Below, piece by piece: positions 1 through 13,154 of a DNA stretch of 64,000 nucleotides (position 1 is the stretch's first letter; each line of letters starts with the position of its first letter). The stretch is taken from contig NC_043014.1 of assembly GCF_006345805.1 (NCBI RefSeq), positions 11,966,001 to 12,030,000 of the forward strand, given 5' to 3'. This DNA is from Octopus sinensis (taxonomy: Eukaryota). The notes below the pieces were generated by a model, which ran no database searches, was not told the DNA's origin, and was given only the letters and a program-made list of their open reading frames with translations. Position numbers and translations under genes: made by a program.

Positions 1-289
1 TATCGATCATTCGAAAGATAAAGTTGACCTCGGTGTTATTTGAGCTCAGAACATAAAGGCGGACGAAATGCAGCTAAGCATTTTGCCCGGTGTGCTAACG
101 ATTCTGCCAGCTCACTGCCTTAGAAATAATCCTGTCTACGGGAGGCACAAGGCCTTAAATTTTGCGGGAGGGGACTAATTGATTATAATGAATTACGATG
201 AAAAAAATAAAAAGTATTCTAAACAATTTTCATGCTGAAACGTATAATAAAACTTTGTTTTTTTTTTTGTTTTTTTTTTCAGAAATAAG

Positions 290-680
290 CGTTGGCATAG
301 GTGGGTAGTTAAGAAGCTTGCTTTACAGCCATTGTTTCAGGTTGAGTCCCATTGCACGGCACCTTGAGCAAGTGTTCCAAGCCGACTAATTCCTCATGGA
401 TGGAAGCTGTCCGGAAGCCCAATTTATATGTGTGTGAGTGTGAGAGAGAGAGAGGGGGGAAAAGGTAGAGAGAGAGTGTTTGTGTGTGTGTCCACCGCTT
501 GACAACTGGTGTTGGCTTGTTTATGCCCCCGTAACTTAAAACAGTCCGATAGAGTAAGTGCCAGACTTAAACAAAGCACAGGTGCTGAGGTCGATTTGTC
601 GGACTAAACCTTTCGATGTGGTGCTCCAGCATGGCCAAAGTCCAGTGACTGAAACAAGTAAAAGATAAAAAATAAAAGAT
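290..680 (+). mobile_element. SINE family B, degenerate copy
   Basis: Diverged match to the family B head, gcaccttgagcaagtgt body and gactgaaacaagtaaaaga tail. Confidence 0.7.
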
Positions 681-690
681 ATTTATTTAA

Positions 691-1044
691 AGCGGCGAGC
701 TGGCAGAAACGTTAGCACGCCGGGCGAAATGCTTAGCGGTATTTCGTCTGCCGTTACGTTGTGAGTTCAAATTCCGCCGAGGTCGACTTTGCCTTTCATC
801 CTTTCGGGGTCGATAAATTAAGCACCAGTTACGCACTGGGATCGATGTAATCGACTTAATACCTATGTCTGACCTTGTTTGTCTATTCTATGTTAAGCCC
901 CTTGTGGGTAGTAAAGAAATAGGCATTTCATTCGTCTTTACGTTCTGAGTTCAAATTCCGCCGAGGTCGACTTTCCCTTTCATCCTTTCAGAGTTGATAA
1001 AATTAGTACCAGCTGAGCACTGGGGTCGATGTAATAGACTTATA
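691..1044 (+). mobile_element. SINE family A (tRNA-derived), dimeric copy
   Basis: A-box-like tggcagaaacg and B-box gagttcaaattcc, central gcctttcatcctttcggggtcgataaa domain, tail gtagtaaagaaata, then a second head-less unit. Confidence 0.9.
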
Positions 1045-1074
1045 CCCACCGCACCCAAAATTTCTGGTCTTACT

Positions 1075-1311
1075 CTCTACTCTCTTTTACTTGTTTCAGT
1101 CATTTGACTGTGGCCATGCTGGAGCACAACCTTTAGTCGAGAAAATCGACCCCAGGACTTATTCTTTGTAAGCCTAGTACTTATTCTATCGGTGTCTTTT
1201 GCCGAACCGCTAAGTTACGGGGACGTAAACCCACCAGCATCGGTTGTCAAGCGATGTTGAGGGACAAACACAGACGCACAAACATATACACACACATACA
1301 TATACACAAAC

Positions 1312-1377
<66 letters not shown>

Positions 1378-1540
1378 CATATACGACGGGCTTCTTTCAG
1401 TTTCCGTCTACCAAATCCACTCACAAGGCTTTGGTCGGCCCGAGGCTATAGTAGAAGAGAGTTGCCCAAGGTGCCACGCAGTGGGACTGAACCCGGAACC
1501 ATGTGGTTGGTAAGCAAGCTACTTATCACACAGCCACTCC
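1075..1540 (-). mobile_element. SINE family B, full length, with internal (TA)n(TG)n
   Basis: Reverse complement of the copies at 4359-4827 and 36915-37381. Confidence 0.9.
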
Positions 1541-1607
1541 AACGTCTGTGCCAAAATTTGAAACCGATATTTGCTATATTTGGTGTTGTTTATTTAATTC
1601 ATTTCAG

Positions 1608-1861
1608 GAGGGGATCCTACGAAAACCTTCTCCATTAATAGCAACACAGGAGAGATTCATCTTGTTAAACAATTAGATTTTGAGACTATGTCGGATCCCG
1701 TGTTTTACTTGAACGTTATTGCGCAGGACAGAGGAACTCCAATGAAATCGAGCAACACCATACAACAGATAGACATTGGAAATGTGAACGACAATCTACC
1801 TATATGCTCGTCAACGTTCATTAAAGAATACATCAACGATAATGCAACAGCTGGCTATAAG
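1608..1861 (+). CDS. Giant cadherin, first exon in window (internal exon, phase 1 to 0)
   Basis: atttcag|GA acceptor and AAG|gtagga donor. Encodes GDPTKTFSINSNTGEIHLVKQLDFETM...DRGTP...NVNDNLPIC, with cadherin LDFE, AxDxG and NDN motifs. Confidence 0.93.
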
Positions 1862-1896
1862 GTAGGAGCAAACATTAAAGAATATTACTTAATTTC

Positions 1897-2120
1897 GGAG
1901 GTGTGTGGCTTAGTGGTTAGGGTGTTGGGCTTATGATCGTAAGATTGTGGTTTCGATTCCTGAACCAGGCGAAAAGTTATGTTCTTGAGCAAAACACTTC
2001 ATTTCACGTTGGTCCAATCTACTCAGCTGACAAAATGAGTAATCCTGCGACAACACGGCGTCCCATCCCGGTGGAGGGTATATACTTCATGGGAACCGGG
2101 AAGCCGGCCCTATGAGTCAA
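1897..2120 (+). mobile_element. SINE, body D plus tail X, diverged
   Basis: tggcttagtggttag A-box, ggtttcgattcc B-box and gttcttgagcaaaacacttc body; matches 11039-11299. Confidence 0.75.
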
Positions 2121-3366
2121 TAAAACTCGGAAAGGACCCGTACTTTGTTCGCATTGATATACTTTAGTCATTCTATATTACCCGACTATGTCTGTAAACA
2201 GTTCAAAATTAGAGTAAATTGGGTTGGATTGGTTTTGTGTGAGGAAGAAGCAATAGCGTAACCTCCCAAGCGGAGCGACAGAGGATTGTTTTCTAGTAGT
2301 AGCTGTTTTAATCGGAGACGGGTGTTCTAATAAATAAAAAAAAGCGATAATTCCCGGGGACCAATGTTCTGTGACAAACGCTACTATCCAAGTGTGTCTT
2401 TCATGCCGTAAAATATGGTAATTACAAGCTTAGCAAGGTTTTTTTTTTCAGTTGGTTTGGCGCCGCACTCAAAAGACTTCTTCCTCTATACAGAAGCCCT
2501 AATCATACGTGTGTCTGAAAAACTGATCAACGAAAGCGCTTATACACTTAACACGGAAAGTTCCTTCCCAAAAATTCGTGTCGTTCTGTTTTTATATATT
2601 TTTAAATAGCTAATAACTTTAAAGAAAATCTTTCTTGAAATATTGTGACTTTATCAAGTATTTTTTGCAAAAACAACTTATGTATGTGTGTGTGTTTGTG
2701 TGTGAGTGTGTTTGTGTGTGTGTGCGTATGCGCATGTGTGCGCGCGTGTGTGTATGTATGTGTGAGAGAGAGTGAGAGAGAGTGGAAAGAGAGTAGACAG
2801 GGAGGTAGAGAGAGAGAGAGGTTTTTCTGATAATTTTTCCTCTTTAAAATTAGGTGTTTATAAACCATTAGTTGTTTTGGTGTCAAGAAATCGATTTGTA
2901 AACAACCATTGTGATTTATAAACATTAAATTATTAAAGTGGAAAAATTATCAGAAAAGTGATTCATATTAATTTTTTCAACTACTATATATAACACGGAA
3001 AACGATCGCACATGCAGTGGGTGCAAGTCTAAAGACCACCCTACAAGTTTTTTCGTGTGTGTGTGCATATATATATTAACATATATATATGTGTGTATAT
3101 ATATATATTGACATATGTGTGCGCGTGTATTTGTGTGTATGTCTTTGTACCTGTGTTTGCCTCACCACCATCGCTTGACAACCGATGTTGGTGTGTTTAC
3201 GTCCCTGTAACTTAGCAGTTCGGCAAGAGTGACCGATAGAATAAGTACTAAGCGTACAATGAATAATTTCTGGGGTCGATTTCTTCAACTATAAATCCCT
3301 TTAAGGCGGTGTTCGAGCATGGCCGCAGTCAAATGAATGAAACAAATAAAAGAATAAAAGTATATG

Positions 3367-3535
3367 GTATGTATGTATGTATGTATGTATGTATGTATGT
3401 ATGTATGTATGAATGTATGTATTTATGTATGTATGTATGTATGTATGAATGTATGTATGTATGTATGTATGTATGTATGTATGTATGTATGTATGTATGT
3501 ATGTATGTATGTATGTATGTATGTATGTATGCATG
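3367..3535. repeat. (TATG)n microsatellite
   Basis: Direct reading. Source of the MYVC and HTYI pseudo-ORFs. Confidence 0.98.
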
Positions 3536-4358
3536 TGTGTGCTTAGATGTGGAAATAGGCGGAGAAAGCTTGTCAAATAAATTAATTATTTGAAAGAATG
3601 CATCCATTTAAAGTGTCATTTGTATCAAAAGAGGGTTGAAATATATAAGAACATGTTCTAACTGGCCACTTAATGTCTTTCAATGTTGTTATTTTATCCC
3701 TGTGTCTACAAAAGTGTATATATGTGTGCGTGCGTTCGTGTGTGTGTATGTGTTTGTGATGTTGGGCCTTGCTTATTTGCGTGCGTACGAGAAGATGAAT
3801 GACTGCGTGTGACATTATGACAGCAGTGTTTGACAACGAAACCTAAAGCTATGTTACTGAGAAAGGTGTGAAAATGTCCATGTACATTTGCACGTATGCT
3901 GTGTATGAATAATGTTTGTATGTATGAATGTATGTGAGTACGTATGTACACACACACACACACACACATACACAGAGCTTACAGTGATATAAAACAACAT
4001 TGTAGACCTCAAGCGCTGACAGGATAACGCACTTATGCAAGTACCAAATCCAGTTTGGAAGCATCTATTCGACTTATCAGTAGAACCTTGGTGCGACGTA
4101 CTACTAAAATAGTAAACGTGAAAGACGTGAAATGTGAAACGTGAAAAATGTGAAACGTGAAAAATAGGAAACGGGAAAAACGTGAAATGCACGTCAGCTG
4201 TTTCAGTAGAATTTTATTTAATGTGGTTGTACAAGATTACATTTTGACATAGCCAACATTCGTTTGGCTCGTGTTATTTTCATGTTCTACATTCGAATCT
4301 ATTGAGGAATGAAATGTGGTCTAAAACAGGCAATTAATAAACACGGATAGGAAATCGC

Positions 4359-4827
<469 letters not shown>

Positions 4828-5071
4828 TATATACAATGGGAAAATCTATATTGATTTATCAATTTAATTTATGGTTTTAACTTAGACACCGAAATAATTG
4901 AGGTTTCAATAGACAGAGTCATGTCAGAGAGTGTAATCAAAATGTCATCCAATACGTAGCAGTTTTACCATCAATTAAAGAAGACAGGCAAAAGGATTTC
5001 ACCAACAACCAACATCAAACCGTCATAGGCGTCTGCCCTTGGATACACATATGTACGCGCAGTACATACAC

Positions 5072-6255
5072 ACAGGGGGACGTAGTTTCCACAGGCGCTG
5101 GACAGGGAGACGTAGTTTCCACAGACACTGGACAGGGAGACATAGTTGCCACAGGTGCTGGACAGGGAGGCGCATTTTCCACAGGCGCTGGACAGGGAGA
5201 CTAGTTTCCACAGGCGTTGGACAGGGAGACGTAGTTTCCACAGGCGTTGGATAGAGAGACGTAGTTTTCACAGGCGCTGAACAGAGAGACTAGTTTCCAC
5301 AGGCATTAGACAGGGAGACTAGTTTCCACAGACGCTGGATAGGGAGACGTAGTTTCCACAGGCGCTGGACAAGGAGACGTAGTTTTCACAGGCGCTGAAC
5401 AGGGAGACTAGTTTCCACAGACGCTGGATAGGGAGACGTAGTTTCCACAGGCGCTGGACAGGGAGACGTAGTTTCCACAGACACTGGACAGGAAGACGTA
5501 GTTTCCACAGGCGTTGGACAGGGAGACGTAGTTTCCACAGGCGCTGGACAGGGAGACGTAGTTTCCACAGGCGTTGGACAGGGAGACGTAGTTTCCACAG
5601 GCGTTGGACAGGGAGACGTAGTTTCCACAGGCGTTGGACAGGAGACGTAGTTTCCACAGGCGCTGGACAGGGAGACGTAGTTTCCACAGACACTGGACAG
5701 GAAGACGTAGTTTCCACAGGCGTTGGACAGGGAGACGTAGTTTCCACAGGCGCTGGACAGGGAGACGTAGTTTCCACAGGCGTTGGACAGGGAGACGTAG
5801 TTTCCACAGGCGTTGGACAGGGAGACGTAGTTTCCACAGGCATTGGACAGGGAGACGTAGTTTCCACAGGCGCTGGACAGGGAGACGTAGTTTCCACAGG
5901 CGCTGGACAGGGAGACGTAGTTTCCACAGGCGCTGGACAGGGAGACGTAGTTTCCACAGGCGCCTGGCAGGGAGACGTAGTTTCCACAGGCGCCTGACAG
6001 GGAGACTAGTTTCCACAGGCGCCTGACAGGGAGACATAGTTTCCACAGGCGCCTGACAGGGAGACTAGTTTCCACAGGCGCCTGACAGGGAGACTAATTT
6101 CCACAGGCGCCTGGCAGGGAGACGTAGTTTCCACAGGCGCTGGACAGGGAGGCGTAGTTTCCACAGGCGCCTGACAGGGAGACGTAGTTTCCACAGGCGC
6201 TGGACAGAGATACGTAGTTTCCACGGATGCTGAACAGGGAGACGTAATTTCACAG
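5072..6255. repeat. 30-bp minisatellite, about 39 units (acagggagacgtagtttccacaggcgctgg)
   Basis: Direct reading. 29-31 nt variants are present; a gacactggacaggaagacg variant recurs about 209 bp apart, indicating higher-order duplication. Confidence 0.97.
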
Positions 6256-6818
6256 TCCCCTAAACCGGAAAGGGCGCATGCATTGCATGTTCTCTTAAAT
6301 CATCGGCTGTGATATCCGTGTCTTGTCTAGTGGGGCTGTCTAATATTCGATGATGAAACAGATCTAATCATAGTTATTGTAAAAGAAAGAAAGAAAGAAA
6401 GAAAGAAAGAAGAATTACCGTCGAGTCACTGACAACTCATTTTGATCATAGAAATGAAGAACTTACATTGATTTGAGCATTAGTTATTCAGTTTTGCTGT
6501 TGTGATAGAAAAACTCGAGTCTGTACTTCCTCATGGTACCTATTTCAATTAGATTGACAGAGTCAATAAGTTTCATATTTCTTATACTTATTATGCATGA
6601 TGTGCGATTCGAAAACTGAATTTGGAACGACATTCGACTTGGCATTGTACTGAATAGGAAAACTAGAAACTTGTCACTGTTCATGGGAAGAAACTATAGA
6701 CTGGTTGAAAGTTCTCGAAAAGCCTCATCCACGATGTGGTTTGATTCCAGCTTAGAAATGTTTTATTTCATATGGGCTACAAATGGTACCTCAGGGAATA
6801 TGTAAAGATCACGATACA

Positions 6819-6858
<40 letters not shown>

Positions 6859-6862
<4 letters not shown>

Positions 6863-7090
6863 CTTTATTGCCCACAAGGGGCTAAACATAGAGGGGACAA
6901 ACAAGGACCGGCAAAGGGATTAAGTCGATTACATCGACCCCAGTGCGAAACTGGTACTTTATTTATCGACTCCAAAAGGATGAAAGACAAAGTCGACCTC
7001 GGCGGAATTTGAACTCAGAACGTAACGGCAGACGAAATACCGCTAAGCATTTCGCCCTGCGCGCTAACGTATCTGCCAGCTCGCCGCCTT
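6859..7090 (-). mobile_element. SINE family A, full length
   Basis: Reverse complement of the family A consensus, next to (TA)n. Confidence 0.92.
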
Positions 7091-7398
7091 ATCACCATAC
7101 ATATATAATTACTGCGACTTCCCCATCATGTACATTTTTGTACTGAGTTCAAATCCTGTTGTTATCGACTTTCATCCTTCCAGGTTCGATAAAAGTCATG
7201 ATTTCCAATTTAGGCATAAAGCCAGATATTTTTGGGGTGAGGGAACTCCCTACCACTTTGCCTCCTTGTCAATATGTTAGTTTGTACGAATTTTTGAAAT
7301 AAACGAAGTAAAGAATAAAGATAAAAAAATAACATTTATTTCTCCCAATATGTGTATTTTCATGTGATTGCTAGCAATCAATGCAAATAATTAATTAA

Positions 7399-7621
7399 GG
7401 GCGGCAAGCTGGCAGAAACGCCGGACAAAATGCTCAGCGGTATTTCGTCTGTCGTTACGTTCTGAGTTCAAATTCCGCCGAGGTCGACTTTGCCTTTCAT
7501 CCTTTCGGGGTCGATAAATCAAGTACCAGTTACGCACTGGGGTCGATGTAATCGACTTAATACCTATGTCTGTCCTTGTTTGTTCCCTCTGTATTTAGCC
7601 CCTTGTGGGCAATAAAGAAAT
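7399..7621 (+). mobile_element. SINE family A with target-site duplication
   Basis: caaataattaattaa occurs at 7384-7398 and 7627-7641. Confidence 0.92.
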
Positions 7622-7683
7622 GAATACAAATAATTAATTAATTATAAAATTAGTTTAATGTTTTATTTCTCTTACTTATTCAG

Positions 7684-7801
7684 ATCAACCGGCTGAAATG
7701 TACAGATAAAGATAAAATAACAGCTCTGATATGTTTTATTAATGGTAAAAACAAAGATCTGTTTTCTATGAACGCTGACGGAGATTTGTTATTGAAGAGA
7801 G
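7684..7801 (+). CDS. Giant cadherin exon (phase 0 to 1) ending in a GC donor; absent from the ORF track
   Basis: cttattcag|ATC acceptor. Encodes INRLKCTDKDKITALICFINGKNKDLFSMNADGDLLLKR. Donor AG|gcaagt; reading on reaches a stop, and the join gives KR-GVDYD in frame with the next exon. Confidence 0.88.
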
Positions 7802-8163
7802 GCAAGTTCGATCTTCTATTTAAATCAGAATGCAGACGAATTTTGATAGCCCTATACACGAAACATGTATGAGATTTTTATGAAAGCCTCCACTCATTCG
7901 ATCGAAATGCGAGAAACAGCCAGCAATTTCCCCTCAGATCACACAATTCTAATATAGATTAATATTGTCCCTAACGAAGCATGCAATAAAAAATGAAAAA
8001 AATATGGTCACTGGTAAAAAATATGGTCACTGGTAAAACATCCTTGATTTCTGCCAAAGCTGTTGTGTCTTCGCATTCTGACAGATAAAAGAAAAATGAT
8101 GAGACATTATAGATATTACATATCAGTGGTTCGATACTATTAATTGCTATGTTATTGTACAAC

Positions 8164-8489
8164 ATGAAGGCGCGTGGCTTAATGGTTAGGGGCATTCGGC
8201 TCATGATCGTAAGATCGTAAGCTCAATTCACGGCGGTGCGTTGTGTCCTTGAGCAAGACACTTTATTTCACGTTGCTCCAGTCCACTCAGCTGGCAAAAA
8301 TGAGTAGTACCTGTATTTCAAAAGGCCAGCCTTGTCACACACTGTGTCACGCTGAATCTCCCCGAGAACTATGTTAAGGGTACACGTGTTTGTGGAGTGC
8401 TCAGCCACTTACACGTTAATTTCACGAGCAAGCTGTTCCGCTGATCGTATCAGCTGGGACCCTCGTCGTCGCCACTGACGGAGTGCTCC
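8164..8489 (+). mobile_element. SINE, body D plus tail Y
   Basis: tRNA-like head, gtgtccttgagcaagacactt CORE-like body and tail gtacctgtatttc...cctcgtcgtcgccactgacggagtgc. Confidence 0.88.
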
Positions 8490-9341
8490 TTTGTTATACA
8501 GCCCATATTTCCCAGATCAACCCTTATTTCTTAGAATTCTAATAAGATGCATTCAACTGCGACCGTTCTGTCATTATTTCATACAGAGTGTATAAAAACC
8601 TACATTATACGCTTCCGTAAGAGTGATAAGCTGGCAAAATCGTTAGCAAGCCGGGCAAAACGTTTAACGACATTTTGTCTGTCTTTACGTTCCGCCGGGG
8701 TCGACTTTGCCTTTCCTCCTTGCGGGTCGATAAAATAAGTACCAGTTGAGCACTGGGGTCGACGTTAACGACTCGTCTCCTCACCTAAATTTCAGTCCTT
8801 GTGCCAATAGTAAAAAGGATTATTTCAAGTACAATGTATCTAAAACTGCTTTATATTATGTGCACTTCCGTAAGATCGACGAGCTGGCAGAATCGTTAGT
8901 ACACCGGCCAAACTACTTAGCGGCATTTCTTCCACCCCTTAACGTTCAGAGTTCAAATTCCGCCGAGGCCGATTCTGATTTTCATTCTTTCAGGGTAGAT
9001 AAAATGAGTACCAGTTGGTGCGATGTAATCGAATCGCTCCCTACCTCAAAATTTTTTGGTTTGTACCTATATATGAAAATTATGCGAGCTTCCATTTTAA
9101 AGATAGTTTCGATTCCTGGACCGGGCGATGAGTTGTGTTCTTGAGCAAAACACTTCATTTTCACATTGCTCCAGTCCACTCAGCTGGCAAAAGTGAGTAA
9201 TCCTGCGACGGATCGGCATCCCGTCCAGCTGGGAGCATTTAAACGCCACTGAAACCGGGAAATCGGTCCTTATGAGCCTGGCAGGGCTCCAGAAGGAAAC
9301 ACACACACACACACACACATATATATATGTATATATATATA

Positions 9342-9419
<78 letters not shown>

Positions 9420-9586
9420 GAAAGAGGTACAGTGATCTTGCCGTGAGGAGTGGAATATCCAAAGTTTCGGATTCAATCCTTCGTCAGGGTGCAGACAAAG
9501 AGATATTTCACACCTCACGGCAAGTTCACTCTACCTCTTCCATATTTTTTCAAGTCTTGCCGATGCAAAGCTATCTGATTACTGCT

Positions 9587-9660
<74 letters not shown>

Positions 9661-10209
9661 TATATATATATGTATTTATATATATATGTATGTATGTATG
9701 TATCTATGTATGTTTGTATGTATGTATGTATGTATGTATGTGTGTGTGTGTGCGTGTGTGTATAAATAAATAAATATATATATACATACATACACACACC
9801 ATACACATGCACTCTGTTTGGTCACAGACACGCACACACACACTCACACACTTCAGTCACCCGCCTCTATTCACACACGCATACACCTTCTCACATACAC
9901 ACGCGCGCGCCTTCTCTTGTTGGAATCACTAGCACTATAATCATCTTCCTTTCATTCAAACTCATTTTTTTGCTATTATCCCACTTTTTATTCAACCTCT
10001 TTTTTTCCATTATTCGCTATGCTGGACCGCTTAACTCAACACGTTTTTTTAAATTCTCTCTCTCTGTTTATTTCCTCTTATTCTTTTCTGTTGCAGAGCG
10101 TACGCTCGAAACGTAAAAGACATTTTCCTTTTTTCCGAGCGTCAAACTAATACACTTGCTTGTTGTTCATACACCTGTCTTCATCTCTTGTTTTTCTATA
10201 AATTTCAAC

Positions 10210-10262
<53 letters not shown>

Positions 10263-10493
10263 TGTGCGTGTGTGTGTGTGTGGCTGTGTAGTAAGAAGCT
10301 TGGTCCCCAATCACATGGTTCCGAATTCATTCCCCCTGCAAGGCACCTTGGGCGGCAAGTGTCTTCTACTATAGCCTCGGGCCGACTAAAGCCTTGTGAG
10401 TGGATTTGATAGACAGAAACTGAAAGAATACCATCGTATATATGTATATGTATATATCTATGTGCGTGTATATATATATATAATATATATATA

Positions 10494-10536
<43 letters not shown>

Positions 10537-10731
10537 GTAATGCAATACTATCGCTTTCCAGTAAAGAATAGCCCGTGAGGGAAAAATACACAGAGTAGTA
10601 AATACGCGGTGAAGCTATACATTAGCGTCGTATTTTTGCGTTCGCTATTTATAGTAAATATCGGTACTTAGTTGTGCCATTTATTTACTACTTTGTATAT
10701 ATATATATATATATATAACATCATATTGTAG

Positions 10732-10980
10732 GCGTAGACTATGATTCTGGACCGTCACACTTCTCTGCTGAAATCACAGTGACCGATGGAAAGCACAGTA
10801 TTTTGGTGTTTGTGATGTTAGTCTTAATCCCTACCAATGATGCCAGACCGGTTATTCTGCCAGCATCTGATAAGGTTACGTTGAAAGAAAACCTACCACC
10901 AGGGACTACCGTTACTCATGTAACGGCGACAGACGCCGACGCAGCTCCGCATAACATCGTGAAATACCAGTTGCTTGGAG
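10732..10980 (+). CDS. Giant cadherin exon (phase 1 to 1)
   Basis: tattgtag|GC acceptor and GAG|gtaacc donor. Encodes GVDYDSGPSHF...TNDARP...ENLPPGTTVTHVTATDADAAPHNIVKYQLLG. Confidence 0.93.
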
Positions 10981-11038
10981 GTAACCACAATATTTTCTAT
11001 GTCACTTTGCTTGTAAGTTTGTTGTTTTAATGTAATAT

Positions 11039-11299
11039 AAAAATAAACAAATGCGCCCTTTTAAAGCCGAGCCACGCTCATGGGCCCTGTTTCCCGGTTT
11101 CAATGGCGTATGTGTTCCCCAGCTGGACGGGTCACCAGTCCATCGCAGCGTTACTCACTTTTGCCAGCTGAGTGGACTGGAGCAACGTGAAATGAAGTGT
11201 TTTGCTCAAGAACACAACGCGTCGCCCGGTCCAGGAATCGAAACTATAATCTTACGATCATGATGCTGACATCCTAACCGCTAAGCCACGCGCCTCCAC
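11039..11299 (-). mobile_element. SINE, body D plus tail X, with 13-bp TSD
   Basis: tttaatgtaatat occurs at 11026-11038 and 11300-11312. Confidence 0.9.
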
Positions 11300-11926
11300 T
11301 TTAATGTAATATGCAAACTAATTATTTAGAGAAACTGACTGATGAATAAATATTACTCTGCAGTATAGTATGACGTGTTCCAGTTGCTTTTAGTGACCTT
11401 AACATTGGAAGAAAATCACAAAATGGTAACATAATGAAACAATGATATGAAGGTCAATAAATTTATGCCTTTAAAGCAGAAATGAAATCATTTCCGGAAA
11501 TTCCATGGATCCGGCTACTATAGAAATTGCAACAATATTCCTAGAACAATTAGGGAATCAAAAGATATATCTATATAATTACAACCACGAAAGGCAATGA
11601 GCTGGCAGAATTGTTAGCACGCCGGTCGAAACGTTTTGCAGCGTTTTGTTCGTCTTTACATTCTGAGTTTAAATTCCACCGAGGTTGACTTTACCTTTCA
11701 TCATTTCGCGATCGATAAAATAAGTACCAATTGCTGGCCTTGTGCCGAAACTTGAAAGCGATATAATTATAATCATGCATCTTTTTTTATATAATCCTTT
11801 TAACTGGAGTAATAATTGCTGATATACTTTAACTGCAAGGAAAATTATATATAATACACATGGGAATCGAACCCACACATCTCATTTTCACAAGTTTGCT
11901 ACGCATATATGTGAGTGAGTGTGTGT

Positions 11927-12117
<191 letters not shown>

Positions 12118-12672
12118 GAGAAAGTGGAAGAGGTAAAATCGAGGCTACATATGTTTCCTAACTTATCCTCTGATGTAATAATTACTCAACGATAGGTACT
12201 CACCTAACTTCTCATCAGGCCGAAGATACCTTAATTATATAAACGTTGCATTGTGACATTCGATGCCAATAAATTGCTATTGTTCCTGCAAGTACACGGT
12301 TCACTTATTGTTCTTTATACCTGCCACGGACTACTTGAAGCTTACAAACACCCTATAGTTGAACTCTTGGATCTTACCCTCATATATATATATGATGGCG
12401 GGCTATCTTATTGAAAACTACTCTTACGTCGTTTTCGACAGTAGTCATTCAAGAGTCTTTCAATGACAAGACAAAAGAAAAACTCTGAGCAATGTTATAG
12501 TGTTATAGGCAAATATAATATAAAAACAAAGATGGTGCATAATAGATACAGATAACAAGTGCTCAGAGTGGAGCAACATCGTAAAATGCAACACTAAACA
12601 AAGGAATATGGAGTCCAGTTAAGTAAGCATTGGCTTCAAGCAATGTGCCGTTTGAGCTAATATATTTATATT

Positions 12673-12735
<63 letters not shown>

Positions 12736-12760
12736 TAGATAGATAGATAGATAGATATAA

Positions 12761-12799
<39 letters not shown>

Positions 12800-13032
12800 T
12801 ACACACAAAATATAAATGAGTAACAAAGGTGTATTAGTGTCAATTCACTACGGCCGTTTCGAGTCTTCGCTACAGTAATTTATTTAGTTTATATCTCTGT
12901 TTTTGTGCCCACTTTAAGAACTACGTTAACCATTCTTTCGAAATGAGAATTATCAGTACTTGAAATAACTACTTTATTGAATCTAACTTTAAACTGAGGT
13001 AACCTTTTCTGTTATATTTCTGGTGAATGAAG

Positions 13033-13154
13033 CATCCAACAAATTCGGAATAGACAGATCGTCTGGAGAAATACGACTTCTCAGTTATCTGGACTATGAA
13101 GTTCAAACATCGTATCAGCTGAAGGTGATTGTTACAGATGGAGGAGGTCTGAAG
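13033..13154 (+). CDS. Giant cadherin exon (phase 1 to 0); absent from the ORF track
   Basis: Encodes ASNKFGIDRSSGEIRLLSYLDYEVQTSYQLKVIVTDGGGLK with donor AAG|gtaacg. The only phase-compatible acceptor is the atypical tgaatgaag|CA, so the 5' boundary is less certain. Confidence 0.88.

Noticed and set aside
5023-6253. Mucin-like PVETTSPC ORFs on the minus strand
   Set aside because: All three minus frames are open only because the 30-bp unit lacks stops on that strand. Indels switch frames freely and no exon boundaries were found.
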